A DNA stretch of 64,000 bases from Cyanobacteriota bacterium (GCA_033764955.1 JANRIL010000006.1:49710-113709), one strand, 5' to 3'. Numbered from the stretch's first letter, positions 1 to 10,007 are shown. The notes: generated from the letters alone by a model not told the origin. A program made the numbers and translations.

Positions 1-639
1 AGCCTGAGTCAAGCTAGGGATTTGTTTCTGGCAGAAATTGACTGGCGATTGCGTTGCAGTGCTCAGGTGTTGCTGTGTGTGCCACAGGCGGATCTGGGAA
101 CTGGACAACTGATGCTGAGAGAACTTGAGACGGCACTCTCTCTGCCAATCCAACTGGTTCCCCTTGAAGATCTGCCCCTCCTCTTGACCCAATCCCACTC
201 CGCCACGCTGGTCACTATCCCTTATTTTCGGGCGCAGGTGGAGGCGGTGGCGGATCCCTGGGCGGTGCGGGTGATTCCTATTGAGATCTATGACTATCAA
301 GCGGAGTTGGAGCAAATTCAACAGCTACCCCCTGATCGTTGTTTGGGGTTGGTCAGCCTCAGCCGAGCCATGTTGGGGGTGGCGGAGGCGATTGTCTATA
401 GCCTGCGGGGAGAGGAGATCTTGGTGTTGACGGCTACCGCCGATGAGCGGGATCCGCTGCGACAGATGGTGAGGCGAGCGGATCTGTTAATTGCGGATGC
501 GGGCAGCTATGCCACCGTCAAAGCCTTACTGAGGGAAGCCCGCCCCGACTTAATCCGTTTGCCGCCCTTACTCCAAACCCATCCCCACATCAAACCGGAG
601 TCGCTGGCTCTCCTGAAACGGGAACTGGGGGATCCCTAA
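1..639 (+). CDS. GntR-family transcriptional regulator, PlmA-like, C-terminal part (5' end outside window)
   Basis: Frame open from base 1. FLAEIDWRLRCSAQVL and IPIEIYDY segments resemble cyanobacterial PlmA-subfamily GntR proteins. Confidence 0.75.
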   Translation, partial: SLSQARDLFLAEIDWRLRCSAQVLLCVPQADLGTGQLMLRELETALSLPIQLVPLEDLPLLLTQSHSATLVTIPYFRAQVEAVADPWAVRVIPIEIYDYQAELEQIQQLPPDRCLGLVSLSRAMLGVAEAIVYSLRGEEILVLTATADERDPLRQMVRRADLLIADAGSYATVKALLREARPDLIRLPPLLQTHPHIKPESLALLKRELGDP

Positions 640-1511
640 CCCTCTTCGGTCAGGAAATCCAAAACGCACTGATTAAACTGGTCTGCCTTTTCCACCTGCG
701 GCCAGTGCCCGCACTCCTCAAACACCCGTAGGCGAGCCTGTGGGATGAGAGCGACGGCACGCTTGCCATGGGCAAGGGGCAGGATGGGATCTTGGGATCC
801 CCAGATCAACAGGGTGGGAAGATCCAGGTTGGGCAGTTGGCGAAGCAGGGGCTGATAGACCTGCGGTTTGACGCCCCAAAGGTTGAGGTTGGTTTGAGCC
901 AGACGGAGAGCGGCGGTTTTGCTTCCCGGCCAGCCAAATTTTTGATAACTCCATTCCACCCACTCCGGCGGCACAATCCGGCGATCCACCACATTCCCCC
1001 GCAGACTGAGGGAGGCTCCCCAGCGGGTCGGAACCGCCAATAGACCCACCCCAGGTAGGCTAGCCAACCGCAGGGGCAAAGCAATCTCCTGGCCCAGGCC
1101 AAAACCCGCCACCACCACCAGCCGCTCCACCCGTTCCGGTTGGGTAAGCGCCAGATGTAGGGCAACCCCTCCCCCCATCGAGTTGCCGATCAGCGTCGCC
1201 GTCGGGATCCCTAGGGCGGCCATAAACCCCGCCAAAAAGTCGGCTTGATAGGCCAAAGTATAGTCGGCCTCCGGTTTGTCGGAGCGTCCTGACCCCACCA
1301 TATCTAGTGCATAAACCTGATGCTGCTCCGCCAAAGCCGCCAGATTATAGCTCCAAATCTCTACGGAACTCATGCCCCCATGCAACAAAATCAGGGGTGA
1401 CCCACCGGATCCCACCTGCCAATAGCGGGCGCGCACATCTGCCACCCACACATACCGATCCTCTGGAGGCGGAGGCAAGGGTCTCCAGGAGACTGAATCA
1501 CCAATAGTCAT
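636..1511 (-). CDS. alpha/beta fold hydrolase
   Basis: LLHGG oxyanion motif, GNSMGG nucleophile elbow, WGSQD and CGHW catalytic Asp/His. Confidence 0.9.
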   Translation of the reverse strand: MTIGDSVSWRPLPPPPEDRYVWVADVRARYWQVGSGGSPLILLHGGMSSVEIWSYNLAALAEQHQVYALDMVGSGRSDKPEADYTLAYQADFLAGFMAALGIPTATLIGNSMGGGVALHLALTQPERVERLVVVAGFGLGQEIALPLRLASLPGVGLLAVPTRWGASLSLRGNVVDRRIVPPEWVEWSYQKFGWPGSKTAALRLAQTNLNLWGVKPQVYQPLLRQLPNLDLPTLLIWGSQDPILPLAHGKRAVALIPQARLRVFEECGHWPQVEKADQFNQCVLDFLTEEG

Positions 1512-1714
1512 CAGGAGGAAAGGAGGGATCCCTGTTGATGTTTGCGACTTTCTAACACCTCCAAGCGAGCCAAGGTGGAGGCAGCATCCGCCAACTGCAA
1601 CGCCAGGTTAGCCCGACAGACGGGGTCTTTAGCCTGCCAAAGATCTTGCCCTAAGCAATGCACCCGATAGCGAAACGCTTTGATGGAATGAGCGGGGATC
1701 ACCTTGACCGACAT
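1511..1714 (-). CDS. small hypothetical protein (67 aa)
   Basis: ATG start. Stop overlaps the start of the hydrolase by 1 nt (TGATG coupling). Confidence 0.7.
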   Translation of the reverse strand: MSVKVIPAHSIKAFRYRVHCLGQDLWQAKDPVCRANLALQLADAASTLARLEVLESRKHQQGSLLSS

Positions 1715-1716
1715 GA

Positions 1717-2043
1717 TTACAACCTCTTTTCCACAGAAACATGCGTACTGAGCAGCACCCGTTCCGGCTCTAAGTAAACAAATGTTACCAAGATTACTTC
1801 GTCGTCCGATTCAATCCTAACAGCACAGGTGGCCTGGGGTGGCTCCACCCGCTCATGGCGGACACCGACACGATACTCACCAAGCGAGAGATCATCAAAG
1901 CCTGCGTCTGCATAGACTAATTCAATCACTTCTTCGGCTGGCTCAATGCCAGCTCCCTCAAGATAGGTGACAAAAGGGATCCCGTCGATAGAAGTGAGGG
2001 CATTGTTTAGGTGGTTGCGAACCATAACAAAAATATCAGACAT
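1717..2043 (-). CDS. hypothetical protein (108 aa, acidic, beta-rich)
   Basis: ATG at 2043 overlaps the methyltransferase stop by 8 nt. Stop lies 2 nt before the next ATG and the ORF fills the gap exactly. Confidence 0.7.
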   Translation of the reverse strand: MSDIFVMVRNHLNNALTSIDGIPFVTYLEGAGIEPAEEVIELVYADAGFDDLSLGEYRVGVRHERVEPPQATCAVRIESDDEVILVTFVYLEPERVLLSTHVSVEKRL

Positions 2044-2686
2044 ACCAGCGTGCCCCTGCCTGACCACGGCTAGCCTGTAGCACCTGCAAGCTGCCGAAGG
2101 CGTGGAGAGCTTGCCGACACTCGCCAAAGCCGCAGGCTGTCAGATGGTCGGGAAGAGCCATCCCCAAAAAGTCCCAAGCGGTTTCGGTTTCAAAGGCCAG
2201 CAAAAAAGCTGCCAATCCCGGCCAGATCCAGGCTTGTTGAGGGGTATGCAGATCGAGGGCAAGCAGCAATCCATCGGGAGTCAACACCCGCCCAATCTCC
2301 CGCAACACTTCCAGGATCACCGATTGCGGCCATTCATGCAGTGCCAGACTAATATGCACCACCTCAAAACTCGCATCAGGAAAGGGCATCGCCTGGGCAA
2401 ACCCCTCCACAAACTCCGTCTGAGGGAAGCGTCGGCGGGCTTCCGCCAAAGCCCGTGGGGAGGCATCTAATCCGGTCACCCGTTGCGAATGCTGGAGCAA
2501 AAAGGAGGTAGCTTCCCCTGGCCCACAGCAGAGATCCAAGACGCGATCCTGACCTTGCAGGCGGATCCCTTGCAGGGGGAGGCGGTGCAGTTGAGCATAT
2601 CCCCCGACGGTGAGGGCTGCTAAACGCGCCACACTGCCATAAAACCAGGGGTAACGATAGCTCCAGGAACGGAGGATAGTAGCCAT
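2036..2686 (-). CDS. class I SAM-dependent methyltransferase (UbiE/Methyltransf_11-like)
   Basis: VLDLCCGPG motif I, GLDAS motif II, MPFPDASF, LALHE. Confidence 0.88.
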   Translation of the reverse strand: MATILRSWSYRYPWFYGSVARLAALTVGGYAQLHRLPLQGIRLQGQDRVLDLCCGPGEATSFLLQHSQRVTGLDASPRALAEARRRFPQTEFVEGFAQAMPFPDASFEVVHISLALHEWPQSVILEVLREIGRVLTPDGLLLALDLHTPQQAWIWPGLAAFLLAFETETAWDFLGMALPDHLTACGFGECRQALHAFGSLQVLQASRGQAGARWYV

Positions 2687-2771
2687 AGTATGGAAAGGGG
2701 ATCCCTATCGACCAGTTTAAGGCCAAGGCATCCCTAGCCAAACCTGTTGCGGAGGAAAGAAGGAAACCATT

Positions 2772-3455
2772 ATGGCGGTGGTTTTGCAGAATGTTGTGCC
2801 CTTTGGGCGTTCGGCAGCCGAGTATCAGAGAATGTTTAATCTGACGGCTCAGGATCAGCAAAAAACCATTCTGAGTGTGGCGGATGGTCCAGCTAGTTTT
2901 AATGCCGACATGACCCAGCAGGGATGGTCAGTGATATCGATGGATCCCCTCTATGCGCTGGACTCAGCCGACATTTGGCAGAGGTTTATGGAGTGTCTGG
3001 ATCCGATTATTGAGCAGGTCAACAATACCCCCGATGACTGGGTGTGGAGTTATCATCAATCCCCTGCCCATCTTAAGCAAAACCGCATTCAGGTGATGCA
3101 ACGATTTTTGGCTGACTATGCGGGGGGCAAACAAACAGGGCGCTATCAAGTGGGATCCCTACCTCACCTTGCCTATCCCGATCAAGCCTTTGATCTGGTT
3201 TTGTGCTCGCATTTTTTGTTTTTATATTCGGCTCATTTTGATGTTAATTTTCATCTGAAGTCCATTCAAGAGATGGTGCGGGTTGGCCGAGAGGTCAGAA
3301 TTTTTCCGCTCTTGACTCTGGATCTACAACTCTCTCCCCACCTCAAACCCATTCAGCAGGAATTGGCCATATCTGGCATTCCCTCTAGCCTCGTCTCTGT
3401 CTCCTATGAACTGCAAAAAGGGGCCAATCAAATGCTTGTGCTTCGCCATACCTGA
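2772..3455 (+). CDS. SAM-dependent methyltransferase-like protein
   Basis: ILSVADGPASFN, FDLVLCSHFLFLYS and EVRIFPL motifs. SD-like GAAAGAAGGA upstream. Confidence 0.8.
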   Translation: MAVVLQNVVPFGRSAAEYQRMFNLTAQDQQKTILSVADGPASFNADMTQQGWSVISMDPLYALDSADIWQRFMECLDPIIEQVNNTPDDWVWSYHQSPAHLKQNRIQVMQRFLADYAGGKQTGRYQVGSLPHLAYPDQAFDLVLCSHFLFLYSAHFDVNFHLKSIQEMVRVGREVRIFPLLTLDLQLSPHLKPIQQELAISGIPSSLVSVSYELQKGANQMLVLRHT

Positions 3456-3506
3456 GGGAGCAACCTGAGGGATGAATGGGCGGATGTTGTAGGTGGAGGA
3501 ACATGG

Positions 3507-4625
3507 CTAGAAGGGGAGGGATCCCAAGTGGGTTTGGGGATAGTAGGAGCTGAGGATTTGTGCCGCAGACCGTCCGGCTTGGGCTTGTCCATAGGCTCCC
3601 CATTGACAGAGACCCACTCCATGGCCGGCTCCCCGATAGGTGACGCGATAGCCCTGCTCTACAGGCTGCCAGTCATAGCGATTGCTGGGCAACACCCCCC
3701 ATCCCAAATCCTGCCCCAGTTGCAACCAAAAGGCTTGTCCAGTTAGGCGTCGGGATCCGACCGCGATCTGGGTGGGGCGACCGTGGGGATCCTGCTCCAG
3801 GACGTGCACCTCCCGTTCCCCAAAAATACGCTGGATGTCGGCCTGTGCAAGGTGGATCGTGTGGGGGCCATAAAACGGTGAGGGTTGGCACCATTCACAG
3901 GGGATCCCTTGCAGATAGGGACGGGCGGGCGGGGCAAAAATGGTCTGGTTGGCGCTGGTGTGTCCGCCGCAGGTGGAGTGATAGAGGGCTTGGATCGGCT
4001 GTGGGTGGGAGGAGAAGGTCAATAGTTGTCCTGATGTGGCTTGCACCGCCCGCGTGGTAGTAGGTCGTTCGTAGGTGAGTCCGCCATAAAATTGCTGTGC
4101 CGTCGAATCGAGCAACGGCGTCGGATCCCCCTGTTGGTGATGGCTGAGGGCGTGGGTGCGTGCCACGATTGCCTGGGCTTCTAGAGCCGCTGTCGGCCAT
4201 TCCGGGGGCATTTCGCTGGGAACTACCCCATACAAATAGGCTTCCAGGGGCAAGTAATTGTGGATGGCTAGCTGATTGGCGGCGGTGATGCTGATTTCCA
4301 AGCGTCCTCGGTAGCGACGGGCAGGAGATTGTACCTGCACCTGGATGCCCTGCGCCTGCTCCACAAACAAAGATTGGCCGTAGCGGCGAGGGGAATGGTC
4401 GTGGGTCAGGCTCTCCACCCAGAGGGATCCCTCCTCTGCCCGCAACCGCCAGGATCCGTGTGCCACTGTTTTTCCGGCCAAGGTCAAGGGAGCGGTCAAT
4501 ATCACTTGGTCAAGCTGAGGAATATGGCTAAATAGGCGAACCCGCACCCAAGGCTGAGGAGGAGGGGGATCCCTAGCTAGCAGCACCCCCGTCCCCAAAA
4601 TGACCAGCGATTGCCGACGATTCAC
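3507..4625 (-). CDS. SpoIID/LytB domain protein (lytic transglycosylase-like)
   Basis: LEAYLYGVVPSEMP, ALEAQAIVART, YHSTCGGHT, GHGVGLCQWGA. GTG at 4625 has GAGGT upstream and an RR signal-like N-terminus; the ORF track extends to 4694. Confidence 0.88.
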   Translation of the reverse strand: MNRRQSLVILGTGVLLARDPPPPQPWVRVRLFSHIPQLDQVILTAPLTLAGKTVAHGSWRLRAEEGSLWVESLTHDHSPRRYGQSLFVEQAQGIQVQVQSPARRYRGRLEISITAANQLAIHNYLPLEAYLYGVVPSEMPPEWPTAALEAQAIVARTHALSHHQQGDPTPLLDSTAQQFYGGLTYERPTTTRAVQATSGQLLTFSSHPQPIQALYHSTCGGHTSANQTIFAPPARPYLQGIPCEWCQPSPFYGPHTIHLAQADIQRIFGEREVHVLEQDPHGRPTQIAVGSRRLTGQAFWLQLGQDLGWGVLPSNRYDWQPVEQGYRVTYRGAGHGVGLCQWGAYGQAQAGRSAAQILSSYYPQTHLGSLPF

Positions 4626-4760
4626 AGGCTCGACCTCAAAAGGGGATCCCTGTGGGTAGGGGAGATATGCTGAACGAAAGGGTAACTCCTTCAAACAAAG
4701 AACCCATCATTGTCATCATCGCCTCCTATCCATTCTGTCTATCCGTAACCCATTCCGATT

Positions 4761-5855
4761 ATGTTGCCCAAAATTAGCTTGCAAACCCGTCTGTTGCTCT
4801 CCCATCTGGCGGTGATGGGGGTGGGGGTGGGGGCGCTGATTGTGGTGGGACGGGTCACCTCGCCCCGTTTTTTTGTAACCCACCTTGAACAGTTGGAGGT
4901 AGGGGGCATCAACCTGCGGCTAGAACGGACGGATCTGGTGCGGGGATTTGAGTTGGCCTGGACAAAAGGAGCTGATTGGTCGGTGTTAATTGGGGTGACG
5001 ACCGCCGCCGGACTGGGGTTTTGGGTGTCTCACCGCATCAGTCAACCCCTACAAGAAATTGAAGAAGTCTCACGGCGGGTGGCGGCAGGGGATCTTTCCT
5101 TTCGGGTTCCCCCCAACGAAATTATGGAGTTAGACCAACTGGGGCGCAGTTTTAACCATATGGCCGAAAGCCTTAGCCACATCGAACGCCGTCGCCGCGA
5201 TTTGATCGGGGATCTCAGCCATGAACTACGCACCCCCTTGACGGTCTTGGAGGGGTATTTGGAGGGCTGTGCCGACGGGACGATTGAAGCCACCCCCGAA
5301 CTATTTGCCCGTTTGGGCAACGAGTCACGGCGGCTGCGGCGGTTGGTGGATGATTTGCAGGAGCTATCGAAAGCCGAATCCGGCTATTTACCGATCACCC
5401 TGCAATCGGTCAGTTTATTGCCCCTTCTCAAGCGCACCCTGGAAAAACTGGGATCCCAAATTGGCGACGATGGCCCGACGTTGCGCCTGGAAGTACCCTC
5501 CGATCTGGCGCTGATTGAGGGGGATCCCGACCGGATCGAGCAAATTTTGATCAACATCATTGGCAATGCCATCCGCTACACGGCGACGGGCAGCATCACG
5601 GTGGCCGCTTGCCATCAGGAGCGATGGGTTTGGGTGTCCGTACAAGATACTGGCTGCGGCATTGCTACGGAAGATTTACCCTTTGTATTTGAGCGGTTTT
5701 GGCGAGCCGACCGTTCCCGCTCCCATGCCTCCGGCGGTTCAGGGATTGGGTTGGCGATTACCCGCCGTTTGGTGGAACTGCAAGGGGGGCGCATTGAGGT
5801 AGAGAGCCAACTGGGGCAGGGCAGTACCTTTCGTTTTTGCTTGCCAATGGCCTGA
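4761..5855 (+). CDS. HAMP-containing sensor histidine kinase (BaeS-like)
   Basis: Two TM segments, HAMP, H-box SHELRTPL, N-box NAIRY, G1 DTGCGI, G2 GSGIGL. Confidence 0.92.
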   Translation: MLPKISLQTRLLLSHLAVMGVGVGALIVVGRVTSPRFFVTHLEQLEVGGINLRLERTDLVRGFELAWTKGADWSVLIGVTTAAGLGFWVSHRISQPLQEIEEVSRRVAAGDLSFRVPPNEIMELDQLGRSFNHMAESLSHIERRRRDLIGDLSHELRTPLTVLEGYLEGCADGTIEATPELFARLGNESRRLRRLVDDLQELSKAESGYLPITLQSVSLLPLLKRTLEKLGSQIGDDGPTLRLEVPSDLALIEGDPDRIEQILINIIGNAIRYTATGSITVAACHQERWVWVSVQDTGCGIATEDLPFVFERFWRADRSRSHASGGSGIGLAITRRLVELQGGRIEVESQLGQGSTFRFCLPMA

Positions 5856-5930
5856 GTTGAGATGGCTAAAACCTCAGGGCTGGGGGAGAATGCTAGAATG
5901 TCAATCTGCCAACGTTGGGGAGCATCGGGG

Positions 5931-7067
5931 ATGGCTAGGCCAAAAAAATCAGAAGCCCAAGAGCAGGCTGGAGATAGCGGCTTTGACAAACTAGCCCCCG
6001 AAAAACGCAAAGCCCTCGACCAAGTATTAGGCCAGATTGAGCGCAACTTTGGCAAGGGATCCATCATGCGTTTGGGAGATGCCGCCCAGATGAAGGTGGA
6101 GACCGTTTCTAGTGGTGCCCTCCCCCTTGATTTAGCGCTGGGAGGGGGCTATCCCAAAGGGCGGATCATTGAAGTGTTTGGGCCTGAATCCTCCGGTAAG
6201 ACCTCGATTGCCCTCCATGCCATTGCGGAAGTACAAAAAGCGGGGGGAGTAGCGGCTTTTGTGGATGCCGAACATGCACTGGATCCCACCTATGCGGCAG
6301 CCCTCGGCGTCAATATTCAGGATCTATTGGTGTCGCAACCGGACACAGGCGAATCCGCCCTAGAAATCGTCGATCAACTGGTGCGTTCCGCCGCCGTCGA
6401 TATTATTGTGATTGACTCGGTGGCCGCCCTCGTCCCCCGTGCGGAAATCGAAGGGGATATGGGCGATGCTCATGTGGGTCTGCAAGCCCGTTTGATGAGT
6501 CAAGCCCTCCGCAAAATCGCCGGTAACATCAGCAAAACCGGATCCCTAGTGGTCTTTCTCAACCAACTGCGCGCCAAAATTGGCGGGATGGGGTATGGCC
6601 CCCAAGAAACCACAACCGGAGGCAATGCCCTCAAGTTTTATGCCTCCGTCCGTCTTGATATCCGGCGCATTCAAACCCTCAAAAAAGGCAATGACGAATA
6701 CGGGATCCGTGCGAAGGTAAAGGTCGTTAAAAATAAGGTGGCTCCTCCCTTCCGCCGCGCCGAGTTTGACATTATTTTTGGGCAAGGCATTTCAACGATT
6801 GGCTGTTTGATTGATCTGGCGGAAGAAGCAGGCATCGTGAAAAAACGTGGCTCTTGGTATAGCTACAAAGACGAAAATGTCTCCCAAGGTCGTGACAATC
6901 TGATTATTTATCTTAAAGAAAACCCAGAGATTCTCCATGAAATTGAGTTATTGCTGAAGGAAAAACTGGCTAGTGGAGTGGCGGTTTCTGCCACATCGGT
7001 TGCCCCCCTCGAAGAAGGCGATGAGACCGAAGTTACGGAACAGGAAACATTGGAAGAAGAGTTTTAG
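5931..7067 (+). CDS. recA: recombinase RecA
   Basis: GPESSGKT Walker [32 protein letters not shown] 5931 preferred over 5862. Confidence 0.98.
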   Translation: MARPKKSEAQEQAGDSGFDKLAPEKRKALDQVLGQIERNFGKGSIMRLGDAAQMKVETVSSGALPLDLALGGGYPKGRIIEVFGPESSGKTSIALHAIAEVQKAGGVAAFVDAEHALDPTYAAALGVNIQDLLVSQPDTGESALEIVDQLVRSAAVDIIVIDSVAALVPRAEIEGDMGDAHVGLQARLMSQALRKIAGNISKTGSLVVFLNQLRAKIGGMGYGPQETTTGGNALKFYASVRLDIRRIQTLKKGNDEYGIRAKVKVVKNKVAPPFRRAEFDIIFGQGISTIGCLIDLAEEAGIVKKRGSWYSYKDENVSQGRDNLIIYLKENPEILHEIELLLKEKLASGVAVSATSVAPLEEGDETEVTEQETLEEEF

Positions 7068-7216
7068 AGCTTCTTTTCAAAGAAATGTTTTTTCAAAAAA
7101 TATTGAGTCGCTGGTGGATTGCTGAGATATTGCTAACTTAGCAACCCAATACTGACCGCATTGTGTCGATCCCCTGCATGGATGATATCCCCTAGCCTGG
7201 TGAGAGTTCTCCTCCT

Positions 7217-7924
7217 ATGACTGCTAATCTCCCCCCTCTCCCTGGGGCTAGCGACCTCCGTTTTGACCCGATCCCGGCTGAGCTACGTCAGCGATTGGGG
7301 GATCCCTTATCCCCCCTACAATGGCGTCCGTATCCGTGGCTCCCCTTTGATTGGTCATTACAGGTGGGGGATTGGGGGTGGATTTATGCCAGCCCTGAAG
7401 TGGAAACGGTGGGATGGGCGGAAGCTTTGCTGCGCCTGCGCTGGTCCCACCCGCCCATCCCTTGGGTTCGTCCTCCCGATTCCCTGCTAACCCATTTGCA
7501 GGAGCCCTCTCCCCAAGATCAGGTATTGCTCACTTTTTGCTGGAGCCTGAACCGAGTTGTGCAGGCAGCTGTGTTGGATCAAGAGTTAGCTACCGCTGGC
7601 TACAGTCCGCAGGAGAGCCACAACCGCACCCTTGATCAGATCTGTCAGCATGTTGAACGGATCCCAGAATTTGCCAGAGTTTTACTCGTATTGGAGTTGC
7701 TCTATCGGGAGATTTCCATTCCGCAACAGCAGCAACTCAAAGCTATCTGTGGTCAAGACGTGATGCAGGCGGCTTATCAGATGAATATGATGTGTGTGGA
7801 TCCCCATAGCCCCGACCGAACCCTGCTACAGGTACAGCGTATTGCTCTGAAGTTGGCGGGGGAGGCAGAAGCCTATTTACGCTCAAGTGTGCGGACACAA
7901 TTGTCCGATGGGCGAATCGTCTAG
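7217..7924 (+). CDS. hypothetical protein (235 aa)
   Basis: Long ATG-started ORF filling the recA-globin gap; no family recognised. Confidence 0.7.
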   Translation: MTANLPPLPGASDLRFDPIPAELRQRLGDPLSPLQWRPYPWLPFDWSLQVGDWGWIYASPEVETVGWAEALLRLRWSHPPIPWVRPPDSLLTHLQEPSPQDQVLLTFCWSLNRVVQAAVLDQELATAGYSPQESHNRTLDQICQHVERIPEFARVLLVLELLYREISIPQQQQLKAICGQDVMQAAYQMNMMCVDPHSPDRTLLQVQRIALKLAGEAEAYLRSSVRTQLSDGRIV

Positions 7925-8061
7925 CCTCAAGAGTGGAGTGCTATTGACTATCGGAATCTCTATCGAAAACCCTAGCCCCTGTGGAGAAGGAGGATCCCTC
8001 TGGACAAACGGAAGCTTGCGACTATGATCAAGGCGAAGCATTCGGGGAGTTAGCTTTTCTC

Positions 8062-8439
8062 ATGGCAACTTTATACGAGCAAATCGGTGGAGCCGCTGCC
8101 GTTCAATTGGCGGTGGATAACTTTTATCAGCGGGTCATGGCGGATTCACGGATCAATCACTTTTTTGCTGGGGTTGATATGCAAAAACAACGCGCCCATC
8201 AGGTGGCCTTTCTCACCTATGCCTTTGGGGGCAGTTCTCAGTATGACGGGCGATCCATGCAAAAAGCTCACGAACGCCTAGTGCAGCAGATGGGGTTGAC
8301 TGATACCCACTACGATGCCGTGGTCGAAAACCTGGTGGCAACCTTGCAAGAGCTACAAGTGGCTGAACCACTCATTGGGGAGGTGGGTCAACTGGCCGAG
8401 TCTATTCGCAAGGATGTTTTGAGTCAGTCGGCTAGCTAA
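8062..8439 (+). CDS. glbN: group 1 truncated hemoglobin (cyanoglobin)
   Basis: TLYEQIGG, FY (B9/B10), HFF, KQRAHQ, AH proximal His70. GGGGAG SD before ATG 8062. Confidence 0.9.
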   Translation: MATLYEQIGGAAAVQLAVDNFYQRVMADSRINHFFAGVDMQKQRAHQVAFLTYAFGGSSQYDGRSMQKAHERLVQQMGLTDTHYDAVVENLVATLQELQVAEPLIGEVGQLAESIRKDVLSQSAS

Positions 8440-8463
8440 TCGTTGGGATCCTAAATTACTTGC

Positions 8464-8481
8464 TCCCCCTCAACAGGGGAG
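8464..8481. terminator. hairpin between convergent genes
   Basis: CTCCCC-ctcaaca-GGGGAG inverted repeat. Confidence 0.4.
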
Positions 8482-8493
8482 GAACCCATCGAA

Positions 8494-9180
8494 CTATCCT
8501 TGGATGTAAGGGGTGACATCTTCTCCACACTGATCGGCGAGGTAGGAGAGGGCTCGAAAGCGGAGAGCCACCACCTGCTCGTAGAGAGGATTGAGTTTGC
8601 ACATCGGGGGAATGTGAATCACCTTTTGTCCAAATACTGTCACATCCCGCTCAAAGGGGCATTGGGCTGGAATCAGTCGGCATAAAAACTTAGCCACCTT
8701 TGGATTTTTAACTTCAATCCCATCCATCCACTGCCGCATCGGTGCCAACAAATCGGGGCTGGTCTCCGAGGCATCCTCGCTGGTAGGGTACACCCCAGAC
8801 ACCAGCGTAGAACGCAGTAATTCTAATTGGGGAATCTGCAAGTGCAAAGCCTGAGAAAAAGCTTGTAGCAACTTGTCTTCTTCCTTCGAATACAGACCAT
8901 CCGCCACCGCTGTCATCACGGCTGTTCTGAGAAAATCTTCTGCATGTTTCGGATCCAACTGTTGTCCTAGCTCCTCCGGACTAATCGGCTCCAGAGGCTG
9001 ATCGGCTTCCTGTGGCCACTCCGAACGGATGAGATCTTCAATCAAAGCCTGCTCCTGCGGATCGTAATGACCATCCGCCCAGGCTAAACTGAGCAGACCC
9101 CGCAGCCAGAGATGGGCTTGGGCGGGACTACCGTCAAAGTCAAGGGGTTGAGCAGAATTGGCAGCAGCATGGGTCTGCAT
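8494..9180 (-). CDS. TerB-like / Mo-dependent nitrogenase C-terminal domain protein
   Basis: LAWADG and AVADG TerB-like motifs. C-terminal LIPAQCPFERD...HIPPMCKLNPLYEQ. Confidence 0.88.
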   Translation of the reverse strand: MQTHAAANSAQPLDFDGSPAQAHLWLRGLLSLAWADGHYDPQEQALIEDLIRSEWPQEADQPLEPISPEELGQQLDPKHAEDFLRTAVMTAVADGLYSKEEDKLLQAFSQALHLQIPQLELLRSTLVSGVYPTSEDASETSPDLLAPMRQWMDGIEVKNPKVAKFLCRLIPAQCPFERDVTVFGQKVIHIPPMCKLNPLYEQVVALRFRALSYLADQCGEDVTPYIQG

Positions 9181-9261
9181 TCGATCCAAATCCCTTTGCT
9201 ATCCATCCATCGTTATTGTAGGAAGTTAGCGGATCCCCTTGCTGAAATCAGCAGATTTTTG

Positions 9262-9906
9262 TTAGTTTGTCTCTTCTTGCATGGGCTGTCCCTCCCTATT
9301 GGCCAAATTCATCAAGGAGGTAACTCCCAACGCCAATGCTCGCACCTGCGCTAAGTCATGGCTGAGGGGTTGCAGAGGGCCATCCACCAAGAGAGCCGCT
9401 AATCCATGCACCAAACTCCATACTCCCATCGCGGCTTGCTCCCGTCGCGGGGCAGCTAGCTGAAATTCATCAATAACCTGCATGACGGTACGAAAAACCG
9501 AGGTGCAGGCGGGGTTATTGCTGGTGAAAGGGGATCCCATTTCGGGGCGAAACATCAGGCGAAAGTCCGCCGGATGTTCAACAGCAAACATCACATAAGC
9601 CACTCCAACGGCTTGTAACTTTTCTTGGGGGGTTGTCTGGCCCAGCAAGGCACGCTGGTAAGCCTGCTCCAGTCGCTCAAAGCGATGCCAGACCAATTCT
9701 TGAATCAACTCTGCCTTGTCTTTGAAATGGTGATAGGGGGCACCCGAACTGACTCCCGCTCGCCGTGCCACCTCCCGCAATGTCAGGGACTCAATGCCGG
9801 ATTCCTGCACCAGTTGTCCGGCTGCCTCAATTAGAGCAATGCGGAGATTGCCGTGGTGGTAAGCATCGGTTTTTTTGAGAGATTTAGGAGCCACAAGAGA
9901 AACCAC
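9262..9906 (-). CDS. TetR/AcrR-family regulator (WHG-type C-terminal domain)
   Basis: YHHGNLR, LTLREVARRAGVSSGAPYHHF HTH, WSLVHG. Start uncertain (9894, 9906 or 9921). Confidence 0.9.
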   Translation of the reverse strand: MVSLVAPKSLKKTDAYHHGNLRIALIEAAGQLVQESGIESLTLREVARRAGVSSGAPYHHFKDKAELIQELVWHRFERLEQAYQRALLGQTTPQEKLQAVGVAYVMFAVEHPADFRLMFRPEMGSPFTSNNPACTSVFRTVMQVIDEFQLAAPRREQAAMGVWSLVHGLAALLVDGPLQPLSHDLAQVRALALGVTSLMNLANREGQPMQEETN

Positions 9907-9911
9907 ATGGG

Positions 9912-9975
9912 ATCTTGACAACGTTTAGATCATAGTTCATCTTAGAGGTGTTCAGATTCTAAGCATCGCTTAGAT
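9912..9975. promoter_or_regulatory. three 19-bp operator-like palindromes overlapping the SDR promoter
   Basis: ATCTTGACAACGTTTAGAT (9912), ATCTTAGAGGTGTTCAGAT (9939), TTCTAAGCATCGCTTAGAT (9957). TTGACA at 9915. Confidence 0.65.
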
Positions 9976-10007
9976 AAAATTCAGCCACTTAACCAAAGGA
10001 AGCCCTT

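Noticed and set aside
5822..5836. LexA box before recA (AGTACCTTTCGTTT)
   Set aside because: Only the left half matches, and it lies in the conserved kinase C-terminal coding sequence.
8494..9180. Evidence of nitrogen fixation
   Set aside because: The Mo-nitrogenase C-terminal domain name is not diagnostic, the family occurs in non-diazotrophs, and no nif genes are present.
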